This document shows positions 47,615-57,904 of a DNA stretch of 64,000 nt, piece by piece (the first letter of the stretch is position 1; each line of letters begins with the position of its first letter). The DNA is from an uncultured virus (IMG/VR IMGVR_UViG_3300008954_000034) (taxonomy: Duplodnaviria > Heunggongvirae > Uroviricota > Caudoviricetes), in IMG/VR virus record IMGVR_UViG_3300008954_000034, positions 1 through 64,000 of that record. The stretch is one strand, 5' to 3'. The position numbers and the translations under genes are program-made. The notes beneath the pieces were generated by a model. That model was given only the letters and a program-made list of their open reading frames with translations. It ran no database searches and had not been told where the DNA came from.

Positions 47615-48321
47615 GCAGCAACATCAGCAACTTGACTGACGTCGTGGGCGGAGGTACATGCAAGAATCACACCAATATAACCGTTTCCGTACAGATAAGA
47701 GCCATCAAAGCCACCAATAGCTGTCGCGGCAAACGGAGTACCATTACCAGCATTATCTCGAGCAATCTCCACACCATCTTCATACCAAATCAGAGGACTA
47801 CCAACCCCCGTATAAACCATAGTCTCCATTTGCCAGTTATTATTGGTAAATCCAGCAAGGTCAGCTGACCGATTACTGATAGTGTTAACTTGTGTTCTGA
47901 TGTAACTACCAATATTGCTCATATCATAGGAATGGGGACCTCCGTAAGTACCTAAAGTCATAAACCCACTGACATGATTCACAAGTCGATAAAGAGTAAT
48001 CGGAGGTACCGCCCCAAGTGTGGAACTCAGGTAAAGGATGTCATTTACGTCATCTAAGTACATATAGTTAGATTCATCCCACGTCGGTCTTGCTAGACCC
48101 GTAGCAGTTGCGTAGGGACCGTCAGTGAATGGATCAACTCGATCAACAGAAATGTTGTCAAGTGTAAGATAGTCCGGGATTGTTACGTCAATGCCCCACG
48201 CAAGTGAGCCATCTGTAATTGGAGGAGGAATCCAAATACCGCTCGGAGTCCGGTTCCACCCGGAGCGATTCCCGGGGAACCGATTACCATCAAGTCTATT
48301 TCCACCCTTCAGGAGATGCAC
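47587..48321 (-). CDS. LamG/concanavalin-like lectin-fold protein (putative virion appendage)
   Basis: ARPTW...YLDDVND.L, WYEDGVE, IGG...GYIGVIL pattern. Confidence 0.55.
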   Translation of the reverse strand: MHLLKGGNRLDGNRFPGNRSGWNRTPSGIWIPPPITDGSLAWGIDVTIPDYLTLDNISVDRVDPFTDGPYATATGLARPTWDESNYMYLDDVNDILYLSSTLGAVPPITLYRLVNHVSGFMTLGTYGGPHSYDMSNIGSYIRTQVNTISNRSADLAGFTNNNWQMETMVYTGVGSPLIWYEDGVEIARDNAGNGTPFAATAIGGFDGSYLYGNGYIGVILACTSAHDVSQVADVAAWGLEKIPS

Positions 48322-48324
48322 GGG

Positions 48325-48891
48325 TCAACCCCTACGAGATACAAGAGTACCGGTAACAGCCAAGGTCTCACCACCGCTAAATGATAGCTTGACCGCGAGT
48401 TTCCACCCGTCTGGTATGATTGGAAGCACATCAGCTGACTTGGTTGGATCGTAAAAGATGAGATGATAGCCCTGCCCCGACGTCGGCTCCCACCCAACAC
48501 TACTGTTGAGTGTGTTGATATTGGTATAGGAAGTGTCTCCGCTTATAGCGTCTCGTGACTCAAGATAAAGACCATGATTCACAGGACCAGTCCAGACCTT
48601 ACCGTCAGCGTCCTCAACCCACCACTCAGCGGTTACATACTGAAGTGTGGACCCGGTGATGTTCAGGAACAGCCCGTATAAACCAACGTCACCGTGAACA
48701 TCAAACTTGGTGGTGAGCGGTGTTCCGGAACTCAGGTCACCCGTCATCCCAGACGTTTTCACGCCATGTAAGAAAAAGCCCTGTTCAATACCAGAATCAG
48801 CGTTCGCCGGGCTGGCGCTACCCTGAATCGCGGCACCGTACTGGTCCTTGGCCTCACGAAGGTCACTTGCTGCTGTCTGCTTCTGAGTCAT
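48325..48891 (-). CDS. Hypothetical virion protein
   Basis: Beta-rich; N-terminal KQTAA linker-like motif. Confidence 0.45.
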   Translation of the reverse strand: MTQKQTAASDLREAKDQYGAAIQGSASPANADSGIEQGFFLHGVKTSGMTGDLSSGTPLTTKFDVHGDVGLYGLFLNITGSTLQYVTAEWWVEDADGKVWTGPVNHGLYLESRDAISGDTSYTNINTLNSSVGWEPTSGQGYHLIFYDPTKSADVLPIIPDGWKLAVKLSFSGGETLAVTGTLVSRRG

Positions 48892-48902
48892 GTATCACTC
48901 CA

Positions 48903-49820
48903 TTAACGCTCAAGCTGCTGCATGGCAGCCTCAACCGCGTCACCAATTGACTCTGGTAGGATATCGTCTGCGCTGTCCTGCGCTATTGCGTACAGTTCTT
49001 CAATCAGCGCCGTTGCAGTCGCTGGGTTAAGATCGTTCGCGCCGTCAACCACGGGAGGGAACCCGGGGCGTCCAACAACGATCTCCCAGCCCTCATCGTC
49101 GGCGCGAGAAATGGCTACATACGTTCTATCCGGGAAGGTGATCTCAGCCCGCCGTGGATTCTCGCCCATGCAGACCACGTCAAACTCACCAGTGGTTCGA
49201 ACAGTATCATCTTCCGAGATTGCCCGGGTCACATGAATGTCGTGTGTGGACTCCATGATCAAGTCGTCCGGAGTGATGGCAACAGCGTCCATTGTAGATG
49301 GGGTATAGAAAGACTCACCGTCGTATGAAATCTCGGCGATGACAGCCTCGGCCTGATCTTCACTAAGACCAAGTGTCTCTGCAATGCTGGCCATGATATC
49401 ATCGAATGAGAATCCAAGATCGATCTGGTTGTTACCAAGCGCGATGGCTTGGTCCCACTTTCCGGTGCGCCGGAGATCGTCTTCATGGTGCTCGTACAGG
49501 AACTTGGCAACGACAACCTTCGCAGCTTCCTCAGCAACATTGGTCACATAGCTACGGACGACAGACCCGACTCGGTCGGTAACAATGACTGTAGACCGAG
49601 ACTCATCAGGGCGACACAGAAACTCATGGACGTCGTGAACCGATCCGTCACGTGGGTTATGGTACTGAATACCACTTACACCAAGGTCGCCAAAAAGGGC
49701 AGAGTCGGAGGTGTCATCGATTCCTGCGGTCCGGGAGAACCCCGGAACATAGTCTTCACCACCGGACTGACTGGCATTCATCCAGTCTTCTCCACGCTCG
49801 GCGTGCTTTCGGATACCCAT
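48903..49820 (-). CDS. Acidic modular protein (polyprotein family)
   Basis: RKHA, SRTA, RRTG linkers between acidic segments. Confidence 0.55.
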   Translation of the reverse strand: MGIRKHAERGEDWMNASQSGGEDYVPGFSRTAGIDDTSDSALFGDLGVSGIQYHNPRDGSVHDVHEFLCRPDESRSTVIVTDRVGSVVRSYVTNVAEEAAKVVVAKFLYEHHEDDLRRTGKWDQAIALGNNQIDLGFSFDDIMASIAETLGLSEDQAEAVIAEISYDGESFYTPSTMDAVAITPDDLIMESTHDIHVTRAISEDDTVRTTGEFDVVCMGENPRRAEITFPDRTYVAISRADDEGWEIVVGRPGFPPVVDGANDLNPATATALIEELYAIAQDSADDILPESIGDAVEAAMQQLER

Positions 49821-49862
49821 TCCAGCTCCGTCACAAATCTACAGTCGTTAGGGCTCAAAACA

Positions 49863-52229
49863 CTACTGGTCGTCTGAGTCCTTGAAATATCGCGCTACTT
49901 CTTCGGGGCTCAAGCCATCATCATACCACTCGTCTAGCTCTTCCTTGAAGATCTTGTATCCGTAAAGACCACCCGGCATCATCCACTCACCCATCCCAAA
50001 AAACTCCTGTGACCCGGGGTACTTTGTTTCATAAATTCGAATCGCTTCTTCCAGCCACTGTCTCTTACCAAGCTGCTGAGATGGTTCGTCTTGGTCACCA
50101 GATTGATCACTCACGTCCTCGTCTGGAAATTCAATGGTATCATACCCATTAAAAAACGTTACCACCTGATCATCAGATAGACTTGGCTTACTGTCAATCC
50201 ACTCTTTCCATGATGCTGCGTCTGACTCCTCAAACTGAGGGAAGACGTTCATGTGGTCTTCAACTGCAATACCAGTCCACTTTGAAATAATCTCAATGAA
50301 ATCCGATGTCTTGTCATTGAGCAAATGGTAAATCGCAGGGAAGTCTGCATTTTCCCCAGTCAGCTCGTAAGGATCAATCTCTTTGTAAGCATACTCTTGC
50401 CCCCACACCTCACCAATAATAAAGGGCTCAGTGTGTCCGGTCATCTTAGCAATGGTGTCTACGACGTCACTGGACGTGAATCCGTAGGCTATGACACGTT
50501 GCCGAACCGACCTCCGAGCAGTAAGTGCATCAATCACCATCTGCACATGCTCGGTAATCTTAGACCCGTAGTCGTCCCGGATGTTCGTAACCGCCATCTC
50601 GACGTCTTCCGATCCACCGTAGTCGTCGGTCAGATCTTCCCAAAGCTGGGGGTCCGACTTCTCGATGCTATCAATCGTCTGCTTGACGTTCTCGTCATCC
50701 CCGGACTCACCCGCGTCTTGCAGTGTTTCAGTAATGACACGTTTCAGTGCGTCCGTGAACTCGGTGTTCAGAAGGTCGGCGTGCTTCTGAGCCCTCGTAC
50801 TAAATAAAGTTCCGAGTTCCTCACTACTCAGATACCATTGCTGTGACTCACTGGTATCAACAAAGGTAACGTCTACGTCAAACATCCCAGATGGACCGTC
50901 CTCTGCTCCACCAGACATATCTTCAGAGATATTGTCAACCCTGACCTTATCCTGCTGACCGGGGTTATCCGGGTCGGTAACGAGGTACGTTTCCCCAATA
51001 TTAACCCCACGACGCTTGCTGGCGGGACGGACTCCAAACTTAGCCTCCCACCAATCCTGAACCAGTGGCTTGATGGTGTCCGTATCACTCGATAAGTGCT
51101 GCTTGATGTGGGAAACAAGTGCTGTCAACAAGTAGTCCTTTGCTCCCATATCTTCAACATCCTGACTGAACTCATCGGCGAGTTGGAATACACTGTCCTT
51201 AAGATCATCCTGCGCACGTTTCTGCTTCTTGGCGGTACGCTGCACCTGATCTTGGACCACAGCCTTCTCGCGGTCGACAGTGCCTACCATTCCCTGAGCA
51301 ACCCGCTGGTCGCGGTAAGGACCGGAGATGGAGTCTGACTGAACGGTGTATGTAACGGTCGGGGTGTTGGCAGTGATCTTTGAATTCCGTGATCCCGGTC
51401 TGGGTGCGGTGTAGGAGTCTGGACGTGTTCCCGCCCAGCGGCCACGGTTACCGGCACGGCCCTCAACCCAGAGTTGGACCTTACGGGCTGCGTCGTCGGC
51501 GTCATTGGCGGTTACGTAAACGTCGATCCACTCGCCCATGAAGTCGTCGTCGCCGTAGTGCATGGAACAGGGGACGTGGAATGTGGAGTTCGTTTCTGCA
51601 ACGGATGCCCGTTTCTTCTCAGACTGCTTAGAATCCACATGTTGAAACCCACCTCGAATCAGGAAGGTGGTCGACGGTGTTTCTCCAAATCCGAGCATGT
51701 CTGTGTCAGCAACGTAAGGATGCTCTTCCTCAACTTCCCAACCGAGATTCTGGAGTACGTTCTTCAATTCAGGAATCGCCGAGTCGATGATGGTGAGATC
51801 GACCTTGTCTCCCTCTTGCTCAGCCACAAACGCCAAGATACCTACGTCCTCAAGCTCGTCTTCAAGAGTACTTGCGTCTGCCGTTGCTCGCTTCGTCGTA
51901 GCTGCTCGCTTCGACACTCTCTCCCAGTTACCAGCTTCCTCGAAACCTTCAGGGAAAAACTCAACCACAATACCGCGAGAGGGGATAGTTACCCAAAAGC
52001 CGTCTAAGTTATTCGAAGATGAGTCAATAACCCCGTGCTCACCGGGGGTGACATTCGCATACTCACCGTCAACGTCGGTCTGGAGCTCCATCTCAGCCTT
52101 GAACTCGATCTTGTCGCCAACGGAAAGACTTGGAACAAGTGGTTCTTCTAAGTCATCGAACCCACCTGCAGATACGGTACGTGGGGTTGAGTCGGTAAGT
52201 AAATCACTGAGTTTTGTTACGGGCGACAT
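49863..52229 (-). CDS. 788-aa acidic modular polyprotein
   Basis: Linkers KRAATTKRATA, KKRASVA, KKQKRA, SKRRG, RAQKHA, RQRVIA; shares domains with the 2093-aa protein. Confidence 0.65.
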   Translation of the reverse strand: MSPVTKLSDLLTDSTPRTVSAGGFDDLEEPLVPSLSVGDKIEFKAEMELQTDVDGEYANVTPGEHGVIDSSSNNLDGFWVTIPSRGIVVEFFPEGFEEAGNWERVSKRAATTKRATADASTLEDELEDVGILAFVAEQEGDKVDLTIIDSAIPELKNVLQNLGWEVEEEHPYVADTDMLGFGETPSTTFLIRGGFQHVDSKQSEKKRASVAETNSTFHVPCSMHYGDDDFMGEWIDVYVTANDADDAARKVQLWVEGRAGNRGRWAGTRPDSYTAPRPGSRNSKITANTPTVTYTVQSDSISGPYRDQRVAQGMVGTVDREKAVVQDQVQRTAKKQKRAQDDLKDSVFQLADEFSQDVEDMGAKDYLLTALVSHIKQHLSSDTDTIKPLVQDWWEAKFGVRPASKRRGVNIGETYLVTDPDNPGQQDKVRVDNISEDMSGGAEDGPSGMFDVDVTFVDTSESQQWYLSSEELGTLFSTRAQKHADLLNTEFTDALKRVITETLQDAGESGDDENVKQTIDSIEKSDPQLWEDLTDDYGGSEDVEMAVTNIRDDYGSKITEHVQMVIDALTARRSVRQRVIAYGFTSSDVVDTIAKMTGHTEPFIIGEVWGQEYAYKEIDPYELTGENADFPAIYHLLNDKTSDFIEIISKWTGIAVEDHMNVFPQFEESDAASWKEWIDSKPSLSDDQVVTFFNGYDTIEFPDEDVSDQSGDQDEPSQQLGKRQWLEEAIRIYETKYPGSQEFFGMGEWMMPGGLYGYKIFKEELDEWYDDGLSPEEVARYFKDSDDQ

Positions 52230-52299
52230 GCTCTATCTCCTCATCACATGACTTTCATCTTAATTGTAGGGTGCAAATTTCTGAAAAGGGACGGGGAGT

Positions 52300-55200
52300 T
52301 CAGATACCACTACACCCCGTGTCCGTTCCACAGTTCGGGCACCGGTGGCATGCTCCGTTTGGAACCATTATAGTTCCACACCCACCACACACAGGGCCTG
52401 CGTCTGCGGAAACCATAGCCGGAACCGACTGGATGGGTTCCATGGAAACGTTGTGCATCGTTACGTTCGGCATTGCTGGACGAGACGCAGCAAACGATAC
52501 GTTTTTAAATTCACCGTTACCGTTACCATTTCCGACAAGGTACTCTTCCGGTAACTCTTGGAAGGTGTGCATCTCCGGTACTTCAACTGGTGGGTTGTAT
52601 GTCAGGTACAGCCACTTGAAAATGTAATCTATAATACTGTCGGCTTCCTTGATGTCTTGGTTGGGGGTAAATCCATGCGGCTCAAATCTCATACCAGTAA
52701 ATCGGTCTACAAAGGTCTGCAATGGAATACCATGCTGGAACCCCAACGTAACCGCAGCGGCAAAGGCGTCAAGCAGCCCAGACAACGTTGACCCCTCCTT
52801 CGATATCACAACCATCAACGAAGATGGGAGACCGTCCGGATACTTACTCACCGACACGTACCCCTCGTGCCCGGAAACGTTGAACTTGTGCGTGATTGCC
52901 TTGGCGTCCCCGATAACCGGACGTGGTAGTGGAATGACAACTTCGTACTCCGGAGTTGCGTCATCACCCTCGCTCTTCGACGCGTAGGGCTGAATTGCCT
53001 TACACCCGTCACGATAAATGGACATCACCTTGATGCCCATTTCCCAGCCCTTCCAGTACACCTCTTCGATGTCCTCGACCGTGGCCGTATTTGGCATGTT
53101 GATAGTCTTCGAAACCGCTCCAGATAGGAAAGGTTGCACAGCTGCGACCATCTTCACATGGTCCATGTAGTGGATACTGCGCTCCCCGTTAAGCGGGGGA
53201 ATGGAACAATCGAATACTGGCAGGTGGTCATCCTTCAAATCTGGGCAGTTCTCGATGGTACCGTTGTCCGTCACGTAGTTAGCAATACTCGCAACGGCAT
53301 CGTCATCGTATCCGAGTGTGCGGAGGGCCTCGGGAACCAACCGGTTAACCATCTTCATCTCGCCGCCACCCACCAGACGTTTGAACTTAACAAGACCGAA
53401 CTCCGGTTCAATGCCGGTGGTGTCAGCGTCCATCATAAACGCAATAGTGTTGTGGCTCACAAACCCAGATACAACATAGGTGTTATTCATCGGGACTGAA
53501 AGGTCAACGGTCTTTTGAATACCAGCTTGGGTATTGGAAACTACAACATCGAAGTATACATCTCCGAGACTCAAAATCGCTGCGATTTTAGTTTTTCTTA
53601 GCTGCGGGTACTTACTTATCTTATCCCTTGCCCATAGTAGATTTATCGCCGCAGTTTTTCTTACTGCAATGTCCTGCCTTACTTCACTTGGAAGACCAAC
53701 AGACGCATCATAAAAGTCTTGCTGTATCACTGCATTCCTTATTGATATCCCGTGAGATTCATCGCCTGTACTGGTCGAAAGTCCGTCAGTGAGTCGGATT
53801 TTCTTCCTAGATGAAATAAATCCTATCTTATCAGCGTACACCCGTGCCGATCTTACGTTTGCCACACGAACTTCGTACCGCTGCTTATCACCAAATCTAT
53901 CTCCACTTTCTGGCTGTTGCCTCCGTGTAGTCATAATACCCAGAGACTCTAAAACAACCTGAACCTGATTAACAAGAACAGGACTCACTGTTGAAAACGC
54001 TACGCTAGGAGTTCCTTTCACCAATGTTACTGTACCATCAGCGTCAAATAACCCACGGATGAAGGCACAAACAACACTTGTGCGAGACTTAAGAATGGAA
54101 ATGGGTATTGATGCACCAAACGCCCCCTCCCCGTGGTTTCCTCTTGGTTTATCTGCAAGCCTGTTTGACTTAAGCCAGCGGACTAGTCTCCGAGATGGAA
54201 TCGTTACAGTATGACAGCCTGATCGTTCTTCAGACTGTATATGAACTCCAATACTTTCTGCCCATGACTCAAAAACTGAGTCTATATCTCTGTTATTATT
54301 AGGCACGGTAAGACAAAGACCATAGTTATCCTTAGTGTATCCATTGCCAACATAGTAACCAATGACCTCAGCCAGACGTTCATCAAGGACGTCTGGAAAA
54401 GTAATAGAAGATTCATTTCCATGTACTGGTGTTGAATCACCATGAAGAACTGTATAGGGCTTATCCATCAAAAGTTCTTCATGCCCACCAAGCCTGAAAA
54501 CCGCGAGATCGCCCGGCTTGATATCTTGGAACTTCCTCCACACATACTCACCACATTCATCAATAATACGAATCTTGTGGCCGTAAGTACCTACTAGCGC
54601 ATGCCCACGCTTCGTGGTAATTTCCATCACGTGGTCTTCTCCGTTAATGAAAAACTGAGAAGACTTCTCTACCGACTTCTCCTGCATGATATTAAGATCA
54701 AGGTCCTGCCACTTATCACCGTTTACGTCTCCAAGTACTCCCAGCGGAAGAATACCAGCAGATGACAATAACATAGTATCCGTAGCCAAACAGCCTGTAG
54801 GAGCCAGCAGCGTAAGCTGACCATTTCGAATCCCAGCCCCATGGGCAATAGAATTGCATACGTCAGCAAGGATGGTATTTGCCATGTCATATATCGGAGC
54901 AGTAAATCCATCAAGATCAAGGCCAAGACTCTCTGCGGCTGTCCGATGCTTTTCCATAACCCGCAAGTACGGGTCTCTATTCTCTTCAAACAGATCAAAT
55001 GGTCCGAGTTCATCTGCAACCTGACAGCTCATACTGGCGGCTGACGCGTGCATCAGCGCCGTTATAGCAGCGGCAACCCGACGTCCGTCCTCTGACCCAT
55101 ACGGAAGGCCCAGAACCATAAGCAGCCCACCGAGGTTGGCGTAACCAAGGCCCAACGGCCTGTGTGCCTTGCTGTTCCTTGCAATCTCCTCGGTCGGGTA

Positions 55201-56412
55201 GTCGACATTGGCAACCATGATCTCTTGTGCAAGGATGATGAGTTCCGATGCTCTACGGAAACGGTCCACTGCAAACGCACCGTCTTCGGTCTTGTACCTG
55301 ATGAGGTTATGGCTGGCAAGGTTACAGGCAGAGTTATTGATGTAGTGATACTCAGCACACGGATTACTGGCACCGAAGTAATGAGTGTTACTGACTGGGT
55401 TCCACATGTTTATCAGGGTGTCAAACTGAAGCCCCGGGTCTCCGGTCTCCCATGCGTTCTCTGCGATGGACCGGAAAAGGTCGGCTGCGTGGATCGTGTC
55501 TGACGTCTCTCCGTCGGTCACCCGTTTGAGATCCCAGTCTGACTTGTCGGCCACGGCCCGCATGAAGTCGTCTCCAACCCGAACACTGTGATTGGCATTC
55601 TGGTAGGCTACAGTTCCGTACGCATCGCCGTCAAGGCCACTACTATACCCAGCCGCTAAAAGATCACGGGCCTTCTGGTCTTCCTTGGTCTTGCACTTAA
55701 TGAAGTCTACGATGTCTGGGTGATCAATGTTCAGGATGATAATCTTTGCCGCACGTCGAGTACGGCCACCCGACTTAATTACACCAGCAAAGGCGTCGTA
55801 CCCCTTCATAAAGCTCACCGGGCCACTGGCCTTACCACCAGTTCCGGAAAGAGACTCGGTAGAACCACGAAGGGTGCTGAGGTTTACCCCAGCACCCGAC
55901 CCGCCTTTGAATATGATTGCCTCGTCCCGGGCCAGCTTCATTATTGATTCCATGCTGTCATCAACCTCGTTGATGAAGCATGCACTGGCCTGCTGAGGAC
56001 CGTCCGCACCAATATTAAACCACACCGGACTGTTGAAGGCAAAGTACTGGTTGATCAACAGCCAAGTCAGCTCATCAGAGAATGCCTCGGCGTCGTCAGC
56101 ATGGAAGTAACCGCCGTGTAAACCCCACTGCGTAATGGTACTGACAACCCGATTAATAACCTGCTTGATCGACGTCTCGCGCTGGGACGTTCCGGGTTCA
56201 CCACGAAAGTACTTAGAAACCGCGATGTTACTAGATTGATGTGACCACGTAATCGGAAATTCTACGTCTTCTTGCTTGAACACCGCTTCACCGTCAGCTC
56301 CGATAATCTTCGCGTCCCGCTTTTCCCATTCAATTTCGTCGTATGGATGAATGTCCGGATTGGAAAAGAGACGAGAGATACTTAACGCCATGGGACATCT
56401 CCTATGGTACAA
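52300..56412 (-). CDS. nrdJ: Class II (adenosylcobalamin-dependent) ribonucleotide reductase, intein-containing
   Basis: FNSPVWFN, SACFI, GGRTRRAAK, SNPCAEY, CNLAS, APTG|TI, SGAVSKTINMP; C-terminal TSCPD domain and Zn ribbon. Start probably MALSISR. Confidence 0.93.
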   Translation of the reverse strand: MYHRRCPMALSISRLFSNPDIHPYDEIEWEKRDAKIIGADGEAVFKQEDVEFPITWSHQSSNIAVSKYFRGEPGTSQRETSIKQVINRVVSTITQWGLHGGYFHADDAEAFSDELTWLLINQYFAFNSPVWFNIGADGPQQASACFINEVDDSMESIMKLARDEAIIFKGGSGAGVNLSTLRGSTESLSGTGGKASGPVSFMKGYDAFAGVIKSGGRTRRAAKIIILNIDHPDIVDFIKCKTKEDQKARDLLAAGYSSGLDGDAYGTVAYQNANHSVRVGDDFMRAVADKSDWDLKRVTDGETSDTIHAADLFRSIAENAWETGDPGLQFDTLINMWNPVSNTHYFGASNPCAEYHYINNSACNLASHNLIRYKTEDGAFAVDRFRRASELIILAQEIMVANVDYPTEEIARNSKAHRPLGLGYANLGGLLMVLGLPYGSEDGRRVAAAITALMHASAASMSCQVADELGPFDLFEENRDPYLRVMEKHRTAAESLGLDLDGFTAPIYDMANTILADVCNSIAHGAGIRNGQLTLLAPTGCLATDTMLLSSAGILPLGVLGDVNGDKWQDLDLNIMQEKSVEKSSQFFINGEDHVMEITTKRGHALVGTYGHKIRIIDECGEYVWRKFQDIKPGDLAVFRLGGHEELLMDKPYTVLHGDSTPVHGNESSITFPDVLDERLAEVIGYYVGNGYTKDNYGLCLTVPNNNRDIDSVFESWAESIGVHIQSEERSGCHTVTIPSRRLVRWLKSNRLADKPRGNHGEGAFGASIPISILKSRTSVVCAFIRGLFDADGTVTLVKGTPSVAFSTVSPVLVNQVQVVLESLGIMTTRRQQPESGDRFGDKQRYEVRVANVRSARVYADKIGFISSRKKIRLTDGLSTSTGDESHGISIRNAVIQQDFYDASVGLPSEVRQDIAVRKTAAINLLWARDKISKYPQLRKTKIAAILSLGDVYFDVVVSNTQAGIQKTVDLSVPMNNTYVVSGFVSHNTIAFMMDADTTGIEPEFGLVKFKRLVGGGEMKMVNRLVPEALRTLGYDDDAVASIANYVTDNGTIENCPDLKDDHLPVFDCSIPPLNGERSIHYMDHVKMVAAVQPFLSGAVSKTINMPNTATVEDIEEVYWKGWEMGIKVMSIYRDGCKAIQPYASKSEGDDATPEYEVVIPLPRPVIGDAKAITHKFNVSGHEGYVSVSKYPDGLPSSLMVVISKEGSTLSGLLDAFAAAVTLGFQHGIPLQTFVDRFTGMRFEPHGFTPNQDIKEADSIIDYIFKWLYLTYNPPVEVPEMHTFQELPEEYLVGNGNGNGEFKNVSFAASRPAMPNVTMHNVSMEPIQSVPAMVSADAGPVCGGCGTIMVPNGACHRCPNCGTDTGCSGI
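53449..54792 (-). mobile_element. Intein (448 aa) with LAGLIDADG homing endonuclease in nrdJ
   Basis: Starts CLATDT after APTG and ends VSHN before T; IGYYVGNG and FIRGLFDADG motifs; AT-richer than the exteins. Confidence 0.93.
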
Positions 56413-56453
56413 GATTTCTCAAGTGTTGTAGATAACCGAACGTAAGACTATGA

Positions 56454-56684
56454 TCAGCCTCCAATCAATAAGTGAGTTGCAAGAGATCCGATAATCGTTC
56501 CGATAACCGCACCCAGTGCACCAACAATTACAAACTTAGCCTTCATCGCGGACACAGCCAGTGCAAGGTCGTAAATCCTGTCTGAGTTCTTGGTTATCGA
56601 CTCACGATTTGACATTATACAGAATGAGCAAGATGCTTCTACCGGCCCCGTGTGCTGCTGATATTGTTCCGGCTTTGTAAACAT
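56454..56684 (-). CDS. Small membrane protein
   Basis: C-terminal TM helix. Confidence 0.45.
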   Translation of the reverse strand: MFTKPEQYQQHTGPVEASCSFCIMSNRESITKNSDRIYDLALAVSAMKAKFVIVGALGAVIGTIIGSLATHLLIGG

Positions 56685-56710
56685 AACGAATGACCCCGGG
56701 AGGTTTTGCC

Positions 56711-57235
56711 CTATTGGACTATGAGTGATGGCCGGTTAATGAAAAATACCTGAGTGTTGGGTGCGAGCGCACGCCCAGAATGAACAACCCCCGGAATAGC
56801 ATGGTACGCCGGAGAGGTGTTTGTAAGCACCTGAGAAGGGCCGTCTGGGTGCTTAATTTCTAAAGACCCCGCGTAACAGATAATCCATTCGTGAACGTCA
56901 TGGTCATGATCTGGAAACTCTGCGTCTGGTGTGAGCGCCCGTGATATCCCAGCAGAGATTAGATTTTCCGGGTCATTGTACAATAGGGTTAGCGACCAGT
57001 CTCCTAACACAAATGGAACTCCTTCAACCTCGGCAGATTCAGTTCGTTGAAGATGTTCTACAATATCGGCGTCGCTTTGACAACCCATACGCAGTACATG
57101 TGATCGTTTTCGTGGTATGATACGAGCAATAGCAAGAGAAAACTTTGAAATAATATCGTTGCCCATAATATCTTTAGGCGACGACGGATGACGCAAGTCA
57201 ATATTAACGCATACCCCTCCACTACCGTTCTGCAT
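56711..57235 (-). CDS. Cupin-domain protein
   Basis: FPDHDHDVHEWIICYAGSL...IPGVVHS cupin motifs. Confidence 0.75.
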   Translation of the reverse strand: MQNGSGGVCVNIDLRHPSSPKDIMGNDIISKFSLAIARIIPRKRSHVLRMGCQSDADIVEHLQRTESAEVEGVPFVLGDWSLTLLYNDPENLISAGISRALTPDAEFPDHDHDVHEWIICYAGSLEIKHPDGPSQVLTNTSPAYHAIPGVVHSGRALAPNTQVFFINRPSLIVQ

Positions 57236-57237
57236 AG

Positions 57238-57585
57238 TCAGTCTCCGGCTACGTTACTTAAAAACTGGGCACCACCATCAGCTAGTAAAAGTTCAGGGGT
57301 AAGTCTCGTCTTGATGACAATGACACCAAGAAGCCGCCCTAACTCAGATTCGTAAATGTAAAATCTATCAATGTCAATGCGATGAATTGCAGTTGAACCA
57401 ACAGGAAATGGAAACTGTGGAACGGCGGCTGGATGATGATGGACATTCCACGGAGTGATCTTATGTCTTATCCCACGCTCTTTGAGCCATTCAACAAATC
57501 GGTCGAGGTTTCCGAAGACGTCGGAATGCGAGTCACCTCTCGAAGAGCGGCTTGTAGGGTGTTGACTGTTAGGCATCTCGTACAC
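57238..57585 (-). CDS. Hypothetical protein
   Basis: ORF track; start uncertain because of overlap. Confidence 0.4.
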   Translation of the reverse strand: MYEMPNSQHPTSRSSRGDSHSDVFGNLDRFVEWLKERGIRHKITPWNVHHHPAAVPQFPFPVGSTAIHRIDIDRFYIYESELGRLLGVIVIKTRLTPELLLADGGAQFLSNVAGD

Positions 57586-57731
57586 TCTCGTTCTACCTCT
57601 ATGGCAACAATATCCAGTCTCGAATGCCGTTCCCTAATGCAGAAGATTCCCTCTCCATAAAAGCCAAGGGTTATTCCACACTTTATACACTTCCACCTCT
57701 TAAGACCCTTAACCTGCTTATCATTTAACAT
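57468..57731 (-). CDS. Com-like (Mu) zinc-ribbon protein
   Basis: WKCIKCG..LG...ECTRCLTVN. Confidence 0.55.
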   Translation of the reverse strand: MLNDKQVKGLKRWKCIKCGITLGFYGEGIFCIRERHSRLDIVAIEVERECTRCLTVNTLQAALREVTRIPTSSETSTDLLNGSKSVG

Positions 57732-57904
57732 ATGCAGCCCAAGTACTGTACCAGAATGATAGACTTACACCACCAAGTATCAGCACCTTAGTAAAGCCAG
57801 CCTGTAAAATATCAAAGTTTTGGATTCAGGCTTAGCCAAAAGTCAATACAGCCTTCAGATATTAAAGTAACCTACATAAATTATTACAGTACTAACAAGT
57901 GTAC

